From the NCBI GenBank assembly GCA_965140415.1, contig OZ223209.1, positions 3,008,001 to 3,072,000 on the forward strand: a DNA stretch of 64,000 bases, given 5' to 3'. Of this stretch, positions 19,609 to 29,281 are shown piece after piece (the first letter of the stretch is position 1; each line of letters starts with the position of its first letter). This DNA comes from Myxococcota bacterium. Its GTDB lineage: Bacteria; Myxococcota_A; SURF-8. Both the position numbers and the translations under genes were made by a program. The notes below the pieces were generated by a model. It ran no database searches. It was not told the DNA's origin and saw only the letters and a program-made list of their open reading frames with translations.

Positions 19609-20282
19609 GCCGCAACCTCCTTTCCATTTAACGTCAGTACCTTATCGAACGTCAGATCCTTCAAAATGGGATCGTGAGTCGCAATCAGTAGAGTCGTTCC
19701 CTGTTCGTGCAACTCCTGAATGGCATGGACGACCGCCTCTGAAGAAACAACGTCCAAACTGGCAGTGGGTTCATCCGCCAGCAATAATAATGGTCGATGT
19801 AGAATCGCGCGAGCGACTGCCACACGCTGCCGCTGTCCGACGGAAAGCTGGTACGGGCGCTTGTCGGCATGCTCGATCAGGCCGAAGCGTGACAGGATCG
19901 CTTTCGCTTTCTGTTCGGTATCCGGCCCGATCGTGCCGTTTAATGCCATGGGCACGGTCAGGTTTTCGAGGATTGTCAATGGAGAGAGCAGATTGAAGCT
20001 TTGGAAGATATAGCCGATATGCTGCGCTCTGAAGCGATCCCGCTGAGATTCAGACAGGTTCGAGATCGCAGTCTTCCCAATGCGAACCATTCCTTCATCA
20101 GGCTTAATAAGGCCGGAAACGATATTCAACAGCGTGGACTTTCCCGCGCCGCTGGGACCGTCGATCAGCGCGATTCCGCCGCTTTTCAGCGAAAGCGAAA
20201 CGTTGTTGATCACAAGCACGTCTTGTCCTTGTGGACTCTTGTACGCTTTCGTGAGCGTTTTCAGTTCAATACTAGCCGTCAT
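19605..20282 (-). CDS. ABC transporter ATP-binding protein (LolD/MacB-like)
   Basis: GPSGAGKST, IGYIFQSFNL, LSVGQRQRVAVARA, LLADEPT, ATHD; overlaps the permease start by 4 bp. Confidence 0.93.
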   Translation of the reverse strand: MTASIELKTLTKAYKSPQGQDVLVINNVSLSLKSGGIALIDGPSGAGKSTLLNIVSGLIKPDEGMVRIGKTAISNLSESQRDRFRAQHIGYIFQSFNLLSPLTILENLTVPMALNGTIGPDTEQKAKAILSRFGLIEHADKRPYQLSVGQRQRVAVARAILHRPLLLLADEPTASLDVVSSEAVVHAIQELHEQGTTLLIATHDPILKDLTFDKVLTLNGKEVAA

Positions 20283-20308
20283 GATAGCGCCTTTCCTGCT
20301 TTAACAAT

Positions 20309-20641
20309 TTATTTCTTATTGCGCTCCAATTGTGCGATTTCAATAGACAGATCGATCCATTCTTCCGTCAAGGATTTGAACCGATTGTAGGTTTCCAGTT
20401 GTGTCTGAACTTCTTCCAAACGATCTTTACGTACGAACTCGGTTTTGCTTTTCCCTTTTCGGGTGTAGCTTAATTGATAATATGGACCGTGTCGCTTTGG
20501 ATTTTCCGGATCTTTGCAGCGACAGGAAGCATTGCCGCAGGTGTTGTACTGTTTGGACAGGCTTCCCGGACGCATATCACCCAACTCAAGCAATTCTTCT
20601 TTTATCTGTTGAATTCGTTTTCGTATGGAAGGGATGCTCAT
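20309..20641 (-). CDS. DUF6788-like small protein (Cys/His motif; family usually found beside transposases)
   Basis: MRPGSLSKQYNTCGNASCRC...HGPYYQLSYTRKGK pattern and C-terminal coiled coil; family recalled from memory, not searched. Confidence 0.7.
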   Translation of the reverse strand: MSIPSIRKRIQQIKEELLELGDMRPGSLSKQYNTCGNASCRCKDPENPKRHGPYYQLSYTRKGKSKTEFVRKDRLEEVQTQLETYNRFKSLTEEWIDLSIEIAQLERNKK

Positions 20642-20677
20642 CGATATTCCTGTAGAACTGACATGCTATCGGAAACG

Positions 20678-20706
20678 AACGTATCCTTTCCGAAAGAGGT
20701 TGTCAA
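20678..20706 (-). promoter_or_regulatory. Sigma-70-type promoter upstream of the DUF6788-like gene
   Basis: Minus strand TTGACA-17 bp-TACGTT. Confidence 0.5.
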
Positions 20707-20934
20707 GAACTTCGTTGAGCCAAACTTTAGAAATGAGAGCCTTCCATTTTTGCTTTTTTTCATATCAGTGAGGATGTGATACCTGTAAATACTGCCGTTA
20801 GAATGATGCTTGAATTGTTGACGTTTCCTGTTATAGTCCGTCAGGTTCTTGCAACGTGATAGTTGCTAATCGGTTCTATCGCGTTTATCTCACTCCTATT
20901 CCTGCGGTTTTGATTCTACATCGGAGAGTGATTT

Positions 20935-21846
20935 ATGAAAATGGCGTTTCGTAGTTGGTTTTCTCCAGTTTTACTTGCTGTCCTGTTGATTACAGCAGGC
21001 GTGCCTTACTTATTACCGGACATGTTCAGTCCAACTGTTTCACAATGGGCCGGGTTATTGCTTCCTAATCTTGTTGTCGGAGCAATTGCCGGAATACTTG
21101 CAGGGTTATTGGGAATCGGCGGGGGACTCGTCATTGTTCCCATGCTTGTATTCAGCATGCAATGGCAGGGTATTTCACCGGAATTCATCATGCATCTGGC
21201 GTTAGGTACCTCGATGGCTTCCATCGTGTTTACCTCGGTTTCAAGCTTCATGGCGCATCACAAACGTGGCGCGGTGCGTTGGGATGTCGTTCGGCGCATC
21301 GTGATCGGCATTTTATTGGGAACGTTTGCCGGGACTTTTCTGGCCTCCTCCATGTCCACTGGAGTGCTGAAAGCCTTTTTCGTGATCTTCGTTTACTATG
21401 TCGCAATGCAAATGCTGCTGAATTATCGACCCAAGCCATCTCGTGGCTTGCCTGGCTGGTTGGGTATGTTTGCAACCGGCAATGTCATCGGCGTGGTGAG
21501 CAGCCTGGTCGGCATTGGCGGAGGGACGCTTTCCGTTCCTTTCATGATCTGGTGTAACATTCCGGTGCATACCGCCATCGGAACCTCTGCGGCAATCGGC
21601 TTTCCCATCGCCATCTCAGGGTCGTTGGGATATATCGGTAACGGATTGAATGTACAGGGGCTTCCTGTTGGCTGTTTAGGATATATTTATTTACCGGCGC
21701 TGGTAGGGATCGTCAGTGCCAGCGTTCTGACTGCGCCGCTGGGAGTGCGGCTGGCGCACAGTCTTCCTGTAGATAAACTTAAACGCGTATTCGCGGTATT
21801 GCTGATCATTGTCGGAACGCGCATGTTATATTCACTTTTCACCTGA
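20935..21846 (+). CDS. TauE/SafE (sulfite exporter) family membrane protein
   Basis: Two repeats of GLLGIGGG/SLVGIGGG...VP and A.GTS; multi-TM. Confidence 0.9.
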   Translation: MKMAFRSWFSPVLLAVLLITAGVPYLLPDMFSPTVSQWAGLLLPNLVVGAIAGILAGLLGIGGGLVIVPMLVFSMQWQGISPEFIMHLALGTSMASIVFTSVSSFMAHHKRGAVRWDVVRRIVIGILLGTFAGTFLASSMSTGVLKAFFVIFVYYVAMQMLLNYRPKPSRGLPGWLGMFATGNVIGVVSSLVGIGGGTLSVPFMIWCNIPVHTAIGTSAAIGFPIAISGSLGYIGNGLNVQGLPVGCLGYIYLPALVGIVSASVLTAPLGVRLAHSLPVDKLKRVFAVLLIIVGTRMLYSLFT

Positions 21847-21964
21847 TGGCTCGTACGAGTTCTTTTAGAGTGAAATTCGTTGAAGAAACGATGCCAACGT
21901 GGTAGGTGCGGAATGATTGTTTAAGAAACTGTTGTAAACCGGATGAAATCGCAAGAGAGGATAC

Positions 21965-22846
21965 ATGCGGAAACCGCAGATACTGAGTGACTACCAGCTT
22001 CGAATCGAACAGGTTTTGAAAGAAGCCATTGCAAATTTGACTGGTCCCGAACGTCTGATCGAGGCAATGGGCTACTCGTTATTGGCGGGAGGGAAGCGTT
22101 TGCGCCCCGCATTGTTACTTGCGGTCTGCGATTTGTTCGAAAAACCCGTTGCCGATCCCATGCAAGCTGCTCTGGCATTTGAGTTCATTCATACTTATTC
22201 GCTGATCCACGACGATTTACCCGCGATGGACAACGACGATTTACGTCGTGGTCGCCCCACGAACCATGTGATGTTCGGGGAGGCCATGGCGGTACTTGCC
22301 GGAGATGGATTGCTTACGGAAGCCTTCGGATTGGTGGCGAATCATTACATAGAACCTCATGCTGCGCTGGGAAACCGTTTGCTGCGTGAATTGGTTCTGG
22401 CTGCGGGAGTGGCTGGTATGGTTGGTGGGCAGGGGTTGGATTTACTGGCCACCGGAGAAAAGTTGTCCGTCGATCAGCTACAGCGCATGCATCAATTGAA
22501 AACCGGGGCAATGATTGTTGGTGCGGTTCGTTGCGGTGGGCTGCTTGGAAATGCGAACGAAGAGCAACTTGCCAGTATTACCCGATATGGCGAAAAGATC
22601 GGGTTGGCTTTCCAGGTGGCAGACGATATCCTGGACGTGACCAGCAACAGCCAGGAATTAGGGAAGAGCGTCGGCAAAGACGAAGCTCAGCAAAAGAACA
22701 CCTATGTTTCCTTGCTGGGTTTGGATAAAAGCCGAACCTTGGCGAACGAGCTTATTAGCGATGCCTGCTCGGCATTAGAGCCTTTTGGAGAAAAAGCAGC
22801 CGCGCTTCAGGAATTGGCACGCTTCGTCGTTGAACGGACCTACTAG
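21965..22846 (+). CDS. ispA: Farnesyl/geranylgeranyl diphosphate synthase
   Basis: GGKRLRP, FARM HDDLPAMDNDDLRRG, GQGLDL, KTG, SARM FQVADDILD, GKD. Confidence 0.93.
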   Translation: MRKPQILSDYQLRIEQVLKEAIANLTGPERLIEAMGYSLLAGGKRLRPALLLAVCDLFEKPVADPMQAALAFEFIHTYSLIHDDLPAMDNDDLRRGRPTNHVMFGEAMAVLAGDGLLTEAFGLVANHYIEPHAALGNRLLRELVLAAGVAGMVGGQGLDLLATGEKLSVDQLQRMHQLKTGAMIVGAVRCGGLLGNANEEQLASITRYGEKIGLAFQVADDILDVTSNSQELGKSVGKDEAQQKNTYVSLLGLDKSRTLANELISDACSALEPFGEKAAALQELARFVVERTY

Positions 22847-22853
22847 TCTGAAA

Positions 22854-24914
22854 TCATTCTGCTGGAGTGAAAATCCAGTAATCCCCGCCTTGTGCTTCAT
22901 AATCGGCCAGCGTCGAACGCAACCGGACGACATGCCGGGTAGAGGGTTGCAGGTTCGTCAATGTAACGGTTTTTTCCGTATTGGCCGTCACTTGTCCGAC
23001 CTCGACTGTTTCACCGTAGTCCGGAATCTCCACACCGTAATCGAGTGTAACCGTAGCATCACTGGTTAGCATGAAAGTCACCTTTGCGCTGGTGGCTTGC
23101 ACATCCGAAATAGAAAGCGGCGAAAAGAGCTGGGTGTCCGGCAAATGTCCTGCAACGTTTTGAGGCAAATGAGACCTGGCGTTCTGGCGGAAGGCCTCGA
23201 TTTGACTGGGTGATGCCGGAGATCGCGTGATGCCGTCGGCAGTCATGGCTTGAGCGATACGCTCAAGGTCATCGTAAGCGCCTTGAATCCAAGCAGGAAG
23301 ATCCGTATCCTCCGGCAGGTAAACGGAAGCTTTGGACGCATAAATCAGCAGTTTGACGGCGCGCCAGGTTTCCGCTGCATATTTCTGATGTTTCATCCGG
23401 GTTAAAAGATCCTGGTATTGATCGGAGGAAAGCGCGGCTTGCAGGTTCTCGACTTGTGCTAAATCCGCCGTGGCGATATCGACGGCTTCGGTAGCTTCCT
23501 GCCAGATCCAGTTGACGACTTCCTTGTCCGCTGTATTCACGCGATCCCAGCGTTCTTGCCAATCCTCATCCCATTTCGGCATTTTACCGCGACCATCGAA
23601 CATGTCCGTTCTGAATTCAGTCGGAATATCCGAACCTTTTTCCAACGCCCACATCCCCAGCACATAATGGGATTTCCGACGAATGGGGAAGGTGTCTTTC
23701 AACAGTTGCTTAAGCACCGGCTGCTGTGGTGAATCTTGAGACAAACCATAGAAATAGCTGATGAATTCATCCCAAATCGTTTCGATTGGTTTGTCCGGGG
23801 TTTTCATCCATTCGGAAGTGGCGTAGATATTGACCTCGTTCGGCGTTCCCAATGCGCGCGCAGAACCACGCTCGATTCGGATCGCTGCCCCGATTCCGCG
23901 ATGCTGCCACATGTAGTTCATGCGATACCAGTAATAACCGGGAGACGCGAAGGGCAGGACAGATTGTCCGTAATATTCTCCCGCCGTATCCAATTCGACG
24001 ATCGAAGGATGTGGACCGATGGCACCCATGTTGGCGTGGTGCGGGTTATAAGGTTCCCAATCTTGAACCGCCCCTTTGTGCATACCGGTAAAATTGACGC
24101 CGGTGCTTGCCGCTAGACCGTCACTGTGCCACTCCAATTCTCCGGGTTCGTGAACGAAGGTACGAACGAACAGTTCCTTGCCTAGTTCGTTCACAATGAC
24201 ATTGCCGATATTTTCCATAATGATCGTAACCTTATCGGTGTTGCTTGGCCGGAAAATCGGTTCGTCGGGATAGTTTTCATCGCACCAGTCGCAATTACAG
24301 AAGACCGTCCAGGGAGGAGCGGGGGCGGAGCCGAACATCAGGATGACGCCATCCAGATTCGGCAGTTTTGCAAGACCTTCCCGGTAGGCGTCGGCACGGG
24401 CCTGCCAGATTTCATTACCCGGTTCCCAACAGATCGAAAACCCGGTTTCGGACAATTCATGCGCCCAGATAAAGGCCTTCATTCCATTTTGGTGGGCCAA
24501 GTCGATACCCAGATTTAAAGTCTCTACCCGTTGGTCGATTTCATCATCACTCTGGCCATTATAGCCATACAGGATTTCGTCGATGTTCATAATCAGATTG
24601 TGGGACAGTTGAATGTGATTCACTCCGAATTCCGCTGCGGTTTCAATTCCTTCGCGCACCTTTTCAGGATTGGAATCCAATAAAATCCAGCCGTGTACCG
24701 GTTCGTAGTTGTTGCGATTGAAACTCCATTCCGCTTCCGACTCTGCATCGAGATCCGAATCGGCATCATCATCCCCATCGGTTTCGGATTGCTCAATGGA
24801 ATCAACCGTATCTGCGTCGCCATCAATGGTTTCCGAAGAATCCGAGGAACAGGAAATCGATGAAACGGAAAAGATCGCTAGAATCAGAATGGTTAGAAAG
24901 TACATACGGCGCAT
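22854..24914 (-). CDS. Lipoprotein with DGD linker, putative glycoside-hydrolase-like barrel and C-terminal FN3-like domain
   Basis: Lipobox SISC, acidic linker, alpha/beta core (LPNLDGVILMFG, CNCDWC), terminal VTLTNLQPSTRH FN3-like strand; catalytic family not identified. Confidence 0.6.
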   Translation of the reverse strand: MRRMYFLTILILAIFSVSSISCSSDSSETIDGDADTVDSIEQSETDGDDDADSDLDAESEAEWSFNRNNYEPVHGWILLDSNPEKVREGIETAAEFGVNHIQLSHNLIMNIDEILYGYNGQSDDEIDQRVETLNLGIDLAHQNGMKAFIWAHELSETGFSICWEPGNEIWQARADAYREGLAKLPNLDGVILMFGSAPAPPWTVFCNCDWCDENYPDEPIFRPSNTDKVTIIMENIGNVIVNELGKELFVRTFVHEPGELEWHSDGLAASTGVNFTGMHKGAVQDWEPYNPHHANMGAIGPHPSIVELDTAGEYYGQSVLPFASPGYYWYRMNYMWQHRGIGAAIRIERGSARALGTPNEVNIYATSEWMKTPDKPIETIWDEFISYFYGLSQDSPQQPVLKQLLKDTFPIRRKSHYVLGMWALEKGSDIPTEFRTDMFDGRGKMPKWDEDWQERWDRVNTADKEVVNWIWQEATEAVDIATADLAQVENLQAALSSDQYQDLLTRMKHQKYAAETWRAVKLLIYASKASVYLPEDTDLPAWIQGAYDDLERIAQAMTADGITRSPASPSQIEAFRQNARSHLPQNVAGHLPDTQLFSPLSISDVQATSAKVTFMLTSDATVTLDYGVEIPDYGETVEVGQVTANTEKTVTLTNLQPSTRHVVRLRSTLADYEAQGGDYWIFTPAE

Positions 24915-25115
24915 GGAAAGATTCTCCCAATGGATCGGGTAAAGAAATTACGGCGTGCAGGCTGTTTACGCAGATCGCGCTCACAATCTTTTGAGTACCG
25001 GGATTTGAGAGAACTGTCAACGGATGAAGCGTTTTTTTCGGTTATGATTGTGAATCTGATTGGGCAAGCCGAATTTCTGAAAATATGATAGACTCTGTTT
25101 CCACGGAGGATATAC

Positions 25116-26900
25116 ATGAACCATCGAACGCGCCCCAATCGCCTGTTGTTGACAGGCTTTATCACGATCATAGCTTTCTGGCTGGCAGCAGCCTGTGGAT
25201 GCACGAATAAAAGCCAGCAACCAATCGAATACTACTGTGCAGAGGGATTTTATCTTCAACAGGGCGTTTGTGTGCCGGAAGAGGGCGATGCACCAGATCA
25301 AGATGAGCCTTCGGTTCAGGATGGAGATCGGGACATTGAACCGCATGAAACCTCAGATGGCGACATAGAGTTTTATGAAGCAATCGAGTCGGACATGGAT
25401 TCCGATGACAATGAGAACCTTATTCCCGTTGATGCCGACATCGATAATGAGATGGACGATGAATCGGAACAAGGAAATGAGGCGGTAGAGCTTGACGCCT
25501 CGCTTTTTCCGAAGTTGAGCATTAAAGTTCCTTCGGTTCTAGCGCTTGGAAATCAATCCCAGGCCAAAGCCTATTTGGATTTCGGTGCGGATGCACTGCC
25601 AATGGATGTAACAAGTCAAGTGCAATGGACCAGTTATCATCCCAATCTTGCGTCGATTTCGGAGCAGGGGCGCATTTCGGCTTTGGCATTGGGAGACGCC
25701 ATGATTCGCGCCAGGCATGAAGAGCGGGTGTCGGAACCGGAAATCGTCCGTATTCGTCCAAGAGAGCAGGTCGAGGCGCGTGGCTTGTGGGTCAATCGCT
25801 GGAGTTATCATTCCGCACAGGATGTGCGCAATATTATCGAGAAAGCGCACAACAGCCATTTCAACCAGATCTATTTCCAGGTGCGGGGGGTATTCGATGC
25901 GTATTACCACAGTTCTCTGGAACCTTGGGCCAGTTCGTTAAGTGGAAGATTGGGGCAGGAGCCCGGCTGGGATCCGTTGCAAACGGCCATTGACGTCGCT
26001 CATGAGTACGGAATGGAATTGCATGCCTGGATCAATGTGTTGACACTCTGGAGCGGGTCGAGTGCGCCAACGACTTCCACTCCCATTCACAAATACCGTG
26101 AACATCCCGAATGGGTAATGCAGGATCAAAACCACATTCCCATGCCTCTGGGAGGAGAATATATCTGGGCAAGCCCTGGAAATTCACTTGTGCGCGAGCA
26201 CAATGCGCTGGTAGCAAGGGAGATTGTCAGCCTGTACGATGTGGATGGAATCCATCTGGATCGAATCCGCTACCCGGGACCGAACTTCAGCTACGATCCC
26301 GCCAGCCGGGCTGCTTATCAAAACGCATTGCAAAACCAACCGAACCTGGATTATGCAGATTGGGAACGGTCTCAGGTCGTGCTGCAAGTTTCCCGAATTT
26401 ACGAAGAGATTCAATTTGTTAAGCCGCAAGTTGTCCTTTCTGCTGCCGTTGCGGGCATTTACAAGGACAAATGGAACTGGGGTGGGGTGACGGAAGGGTA
26501 TCACCACTGGCTTCAAGATCCGCGCGCAATGGTGGAGCAGGGGGTATTGGATGTCGTGATACCGATGATCTACTGGCCTATTACGACAACATACGGCGAG
26601 TGGACCGATTTTAAAGCTCTTACAGACGATCATGCGCAATCGATTACAACTCGCATGGTACTGATCGGTTCGGACCTTTCGGTTAGTGGAGACGCCGAAA
26701 AGAGAGGGAAGGGCGGCTTAAAAAGCTTTGAAAGCTTCGAACAGATCCGACAGCAGATCGACTATACCCGCCAGCAGCCAACGAATGGCTGGGCACTCTA
26801 TGATTATTCGACTTTGGAAAGCGTCGACTACTGGGACGATCTGCTAAGCGGTCCCTTCGGACAACCGGCAGAGGTGCCGGTATGTGATTGGAAATTCTAG
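25116..26900 (+). CDS. Lipoprotein with Ig-like (Big_2) domain and glycosyl hydrolase-like 10 (GHL10/DUF187) domain
   Basis: Lipobox AACGC, DVTSQVQWTS Big_2 motif, EARGLWV, FNQIYFQVRG, WDPL, GMELHAWIN, YDVDGIHLDRIRYP, PMIY. Confidence 0.88.
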   Translation: MNHRTRPNRLLLTGFITIIAFWLAAACGCTNKSQQPIEYYCAEGFYLQQGVCVPEEGDAPDQDEPSVQDGDRDIEPHETSDGDIEFYEAIESDMDSDDNENLIPVDADIDNEMDDESEQGNEAVELDASLFPKLSIKVPSVLALGNQSQAKAYLDFGADALPMDVTSQVQWTSYHPNLASISEQGRISALALGDAMIRARHEERVSEPEIVRIRPREQVEARGLWVNRWSYHSAQDVRNIIEKAHNSHFNQIYFQVRGVFDAYYHSSLEPWASSLSGRLGQEPGWDPLQTAIDVAHEYGMELHAWINVLTLWSGSSAPTTSTPIHKYREHPEWVMQDQNHIPMPLGGEYIWASPGNSLVREHNALVAREIVSLYDVDGIHLDRIRYPGPNFSYDPASRAAYQNALQNQPNLDYADWERSQVVLQVSRIYEEIQFVKPQVVLSAAVAGIYKDKWNWGGVTEGYHHWLQDPRAMVEQGVLDVVIPMIYWPITTTYGEWTDFKALTDDHAQSITTRMVLIGSDLSVSGDAEKRGKGGLKSFESFEQIRQQIDYTRQQPTNGWALYDYSTLESVDYWDDLLSGPFGQPAEVPVCDWKF

Positions 26901-27149
26901 TCAGCCTCCGGCGCTTGGAAGAATCGACCAGACTTCATCTGTGTCCTTAAGCGGGGTATTGGCACCCTGAAGATAGGCGATGGCGCGTCCATTAACCAGA
27001 ATTGTGGCGCTTTTCAATTCCTCTTCAAAACGGCTGCCGTATTCCTTGCGACCGAATTCCAGTAGTTCCTTGATCGATGAAACCGGCCATTCGATTTCGT
27101 GAGTGTCCATGTGGTTGGCCAGACGAAAATGTGGATGAAAGGTGGCCAT
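26901..27149 (-). CDS. MoaD/ThiS-family sulfur carrier
   Basis: 82 aa, ILVNGR...LKDTDEV..LPSAGG C-terminal Gly-Gly; directly downstream of the AOR gene. Confidence 0.88.
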   Translation of the reverse strand: MATFHPHFRLANHMDTHEIEWPVSSIKELLEFGRKEYGSRFEEELKSATILVNGRAIAYLQGANTPLKDTDEVWSILPSAGG

Positions 27150-27152
27150 GTT

Positions 27153-29042
27153 CTATCTCCTTATCTGCAACCGGTCCAAGGTTTTGTCTGTCGCAATTCC
27201 ATTCGTATCCCAACCGCGAATCTTGTAATACGCCGGTAACATGTCGTTCAGCGGAACGCCGCTTTTTTGTCCCGGGAAAGAAGGTTCGTCTAATAAACGC
27301 CTGGGTAACGTATCGTCTTTTAAGGAAAATCCCTCTCTCGTATTGAACAAACGCTCCATATTGAAATTACGTTCACCGGTTTCCGTAAATCGGCCCAGAG
27401 AGTATTTTTCGCCGGTGACGTAGCCCAGATAGCGTTCGTACCATAGAACCGGTGCAAACAGTTTGGTTTTCAATACCAGTCTCAAAATGGGTGACGAGTT
27501 CTTCATCGTCCAGGCCACGCTCTTGTATAATGGACCTTGCGGGTTCATGGCACCGGCAATAGAGGGCAGCACCGCATAAGCGCTGAAGGTGCAGATAATC
27601 ATGGAGTTTATTGCGGCGAACAGGTTCTGCTGGAAAGTAACCAGTTCAGGTTTGGCTTTAATGGAGAGCGGATCGACCGAAATCGGCCCTGTTGCCTCGA
27701 AAAACATAACCGCGCCATTGATATGACAGCCGCCCCGGTTGGTTGTGGCATATTCAAGACCTTGTCCGTAGCAGCCACGCGGATCGTAGGCTGCCAGTTC
27801 CATCCCTTTGACCTGTATGGCGAAATCCTCTCCACCATATTTCTGGGATAGCCGGTAGCTGCCTTCCGCCAGTTCGTCGCCGATGCCGCGACGATAGGCG
27901 ATATCTTCTACCGCTTTATCTACCGCATCGATATCACCAAAGCTAAGACCGTTCTTCCAGATTCCCTTTTCATTCGCTTCCATCGCCCAGGCCAGGGTGC
28001 CACCGATGGAAATCGCATCCATCCCAAGCTCGTCTACAACTTCGTTATATCGAAGAACGGTAGGAAGATCGAACACGCCGATATTACTTCCCATCAGGCC
28101 GAGCGTTTCATATTCCGGTCCTTTAATCGGTGCGCCTTCTTCGCCCATGCCGCCCTTCGGGCGTCGAATGCGACGCCCACAGTGGATCGGACAGGCTGTG
28201 CAGCCGTCGTTTTTAATCAGCGAATCTTTTCGTAGCTGCTCGCCGCTGATCTGCCAAGCAAGTCTATGGCTGCCTTGCTTGAAATTATATACCGGCAGGA
28301 TATTGCGTCCGCTGGTGGTCATCACCAGGTTGGCGGTACCGAAAGCCGGGAGCAATTCTCCAGTAATGGCATGACCTTTGAAATATTGTGTCACCCAGCG
28401 GTTGTAATCTTTGAATTTTTCCTTATGGGCGATTTCGACTTTCTGCTTGCCGCTGCATATCACGGCTTTCAGTTTTTTCGATCCCATTACCGCACCAACG
28501 CCGGTGCGACCCGCAACGCGATCACCAGAGACGATGCAGGCATATCGCACTAGATTTTCTCCGGCGGGACCGATGACGGCTGCTTTGTAACTCTTAGGGA
28601 ATTCCTGCTGTGTTTCGGTGGTGGTTTTTCCCCAAAGTTGCCCTGCATCCTTTATTTCCACCCGCTCATCCGTCACATCCAAATAAACGGGCTTATCGGC
28701 TTTCCCCTGAATGACAATAAAATCGAAGCCGGCGCGTTTCATGGCGAATGCGAAATCACCGCCTGCCGTAGAATTTCCGATTGCACCGGTTAATGGAGAT
28801 TTACAGGTTACGCTGAAGCGCGTGGATTGAACGCCGAAAGTTCCGGCAAAGGGGCCGGTGCCGAAAATCAGAGGATTGTCAGGTCCCAAAGGGTCGATTC
28901 CGGGTTCCGTTAAATCATACAACAAGCGTGCGCCGTAGCCTTTGCCACCGATGTAAAGCTTGACTTCATCGCTTAATGGCTTTGGTTCGACAGTCCTTGT
29001 CGTTAAGTCAACATACAGGACTTTTCCCATGTATCCGCCCAT
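27153..29042 (-). CDS. Aldehyde:ferredoxin oxidoreductase (tungstopterin AOR family)
   Basis: YMGKVLYVDL, KSPLTG, IGPAGENLV, AGRTGVGAVMGSKKLKAV, CTACPIHC, GPEYET, DELGMDAIS, YDPRG, RGGCH. Confidence 0.95.
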   Translation of the reverse strand: MGGYMGKVLYVDLTTRTVEPKPLSDEVKLYIGGKGYGARLLYDLTEPGIDPLGPDNPLIFGTGPFAGTFGVQSTRFSVTCKSPLTGAIGNSTAGGDFAFAMKRAGFDFIVIQGKADKPVYLDVTDERVEIKDAGQLWGKTTTETQQEFPKSYKAAVIGPAGENLVRYACIVSGDRVAGRTGVGAVMGSKKLKAVICSGKQKVEIAHKEKFKDYNRWVTQYFKGHAITGELLPAFGTANLVMTTSGRNILPVYNFKQGSHRLAWQISGEQLRKDSLIKNDGCTACPIHCGRRIRRPKGGMGEEGAPIKGPEYETLGLMGSNIGVFDLPTVLRYNEVVDELGMDAISIGGTLAWAMEANEKGIWKNGLSFGDIDAVDKAVEDIAYRRGIGDELAEGSYRLSQKYGGEDFAIQVKGMELAAYDPRGCYGQGLEYATTNRGGCHINGAVMFFEATGPISVDPLSIKAKPELVTFQQNLFAAINSMIICTFSAYAVLPSIAGAMNPQGPLYKSVAWTMKNSSPILRLVLKTKLFAPVLWYERYLGYVTGEKYSLGRFTETGERNFNMERLFNTREGFSLKDDTLPRRLLDEPSFPGQKSGVPLNDMLPAYYKIRGWDTNGIATDKTLDRLQIRR

Positions 29043-29166
29043 GGTTTTCCTCCGATTCTAAAGTATGAACAACCCGACAAAACGAAGTGTACCGGTTTAG
29101 CTTGTAGCTGTCAAAAGATTGATTATAAAGGAATGAAATTCTTGGTCGAATAAGGCTAGAATTCCA

Positions 29167-29195
29167 TTGACAAGCCGGAATCCGCAGCTTACCCT
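29167..29195 (+). promoter_or_regulatory. Sigma-70-type promoter of serC
   Basis: TTGACA-17 bp-TACCCT. Confidence 0.5.
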
Positions 29196-29281
29196 CAGCC
29201 CGAAACAGGCCTTAAGGTCATTTGTTTTGGATGATGAACCACGAAACGGCATTTATTGTTACACACATTACGGAGGAAATC

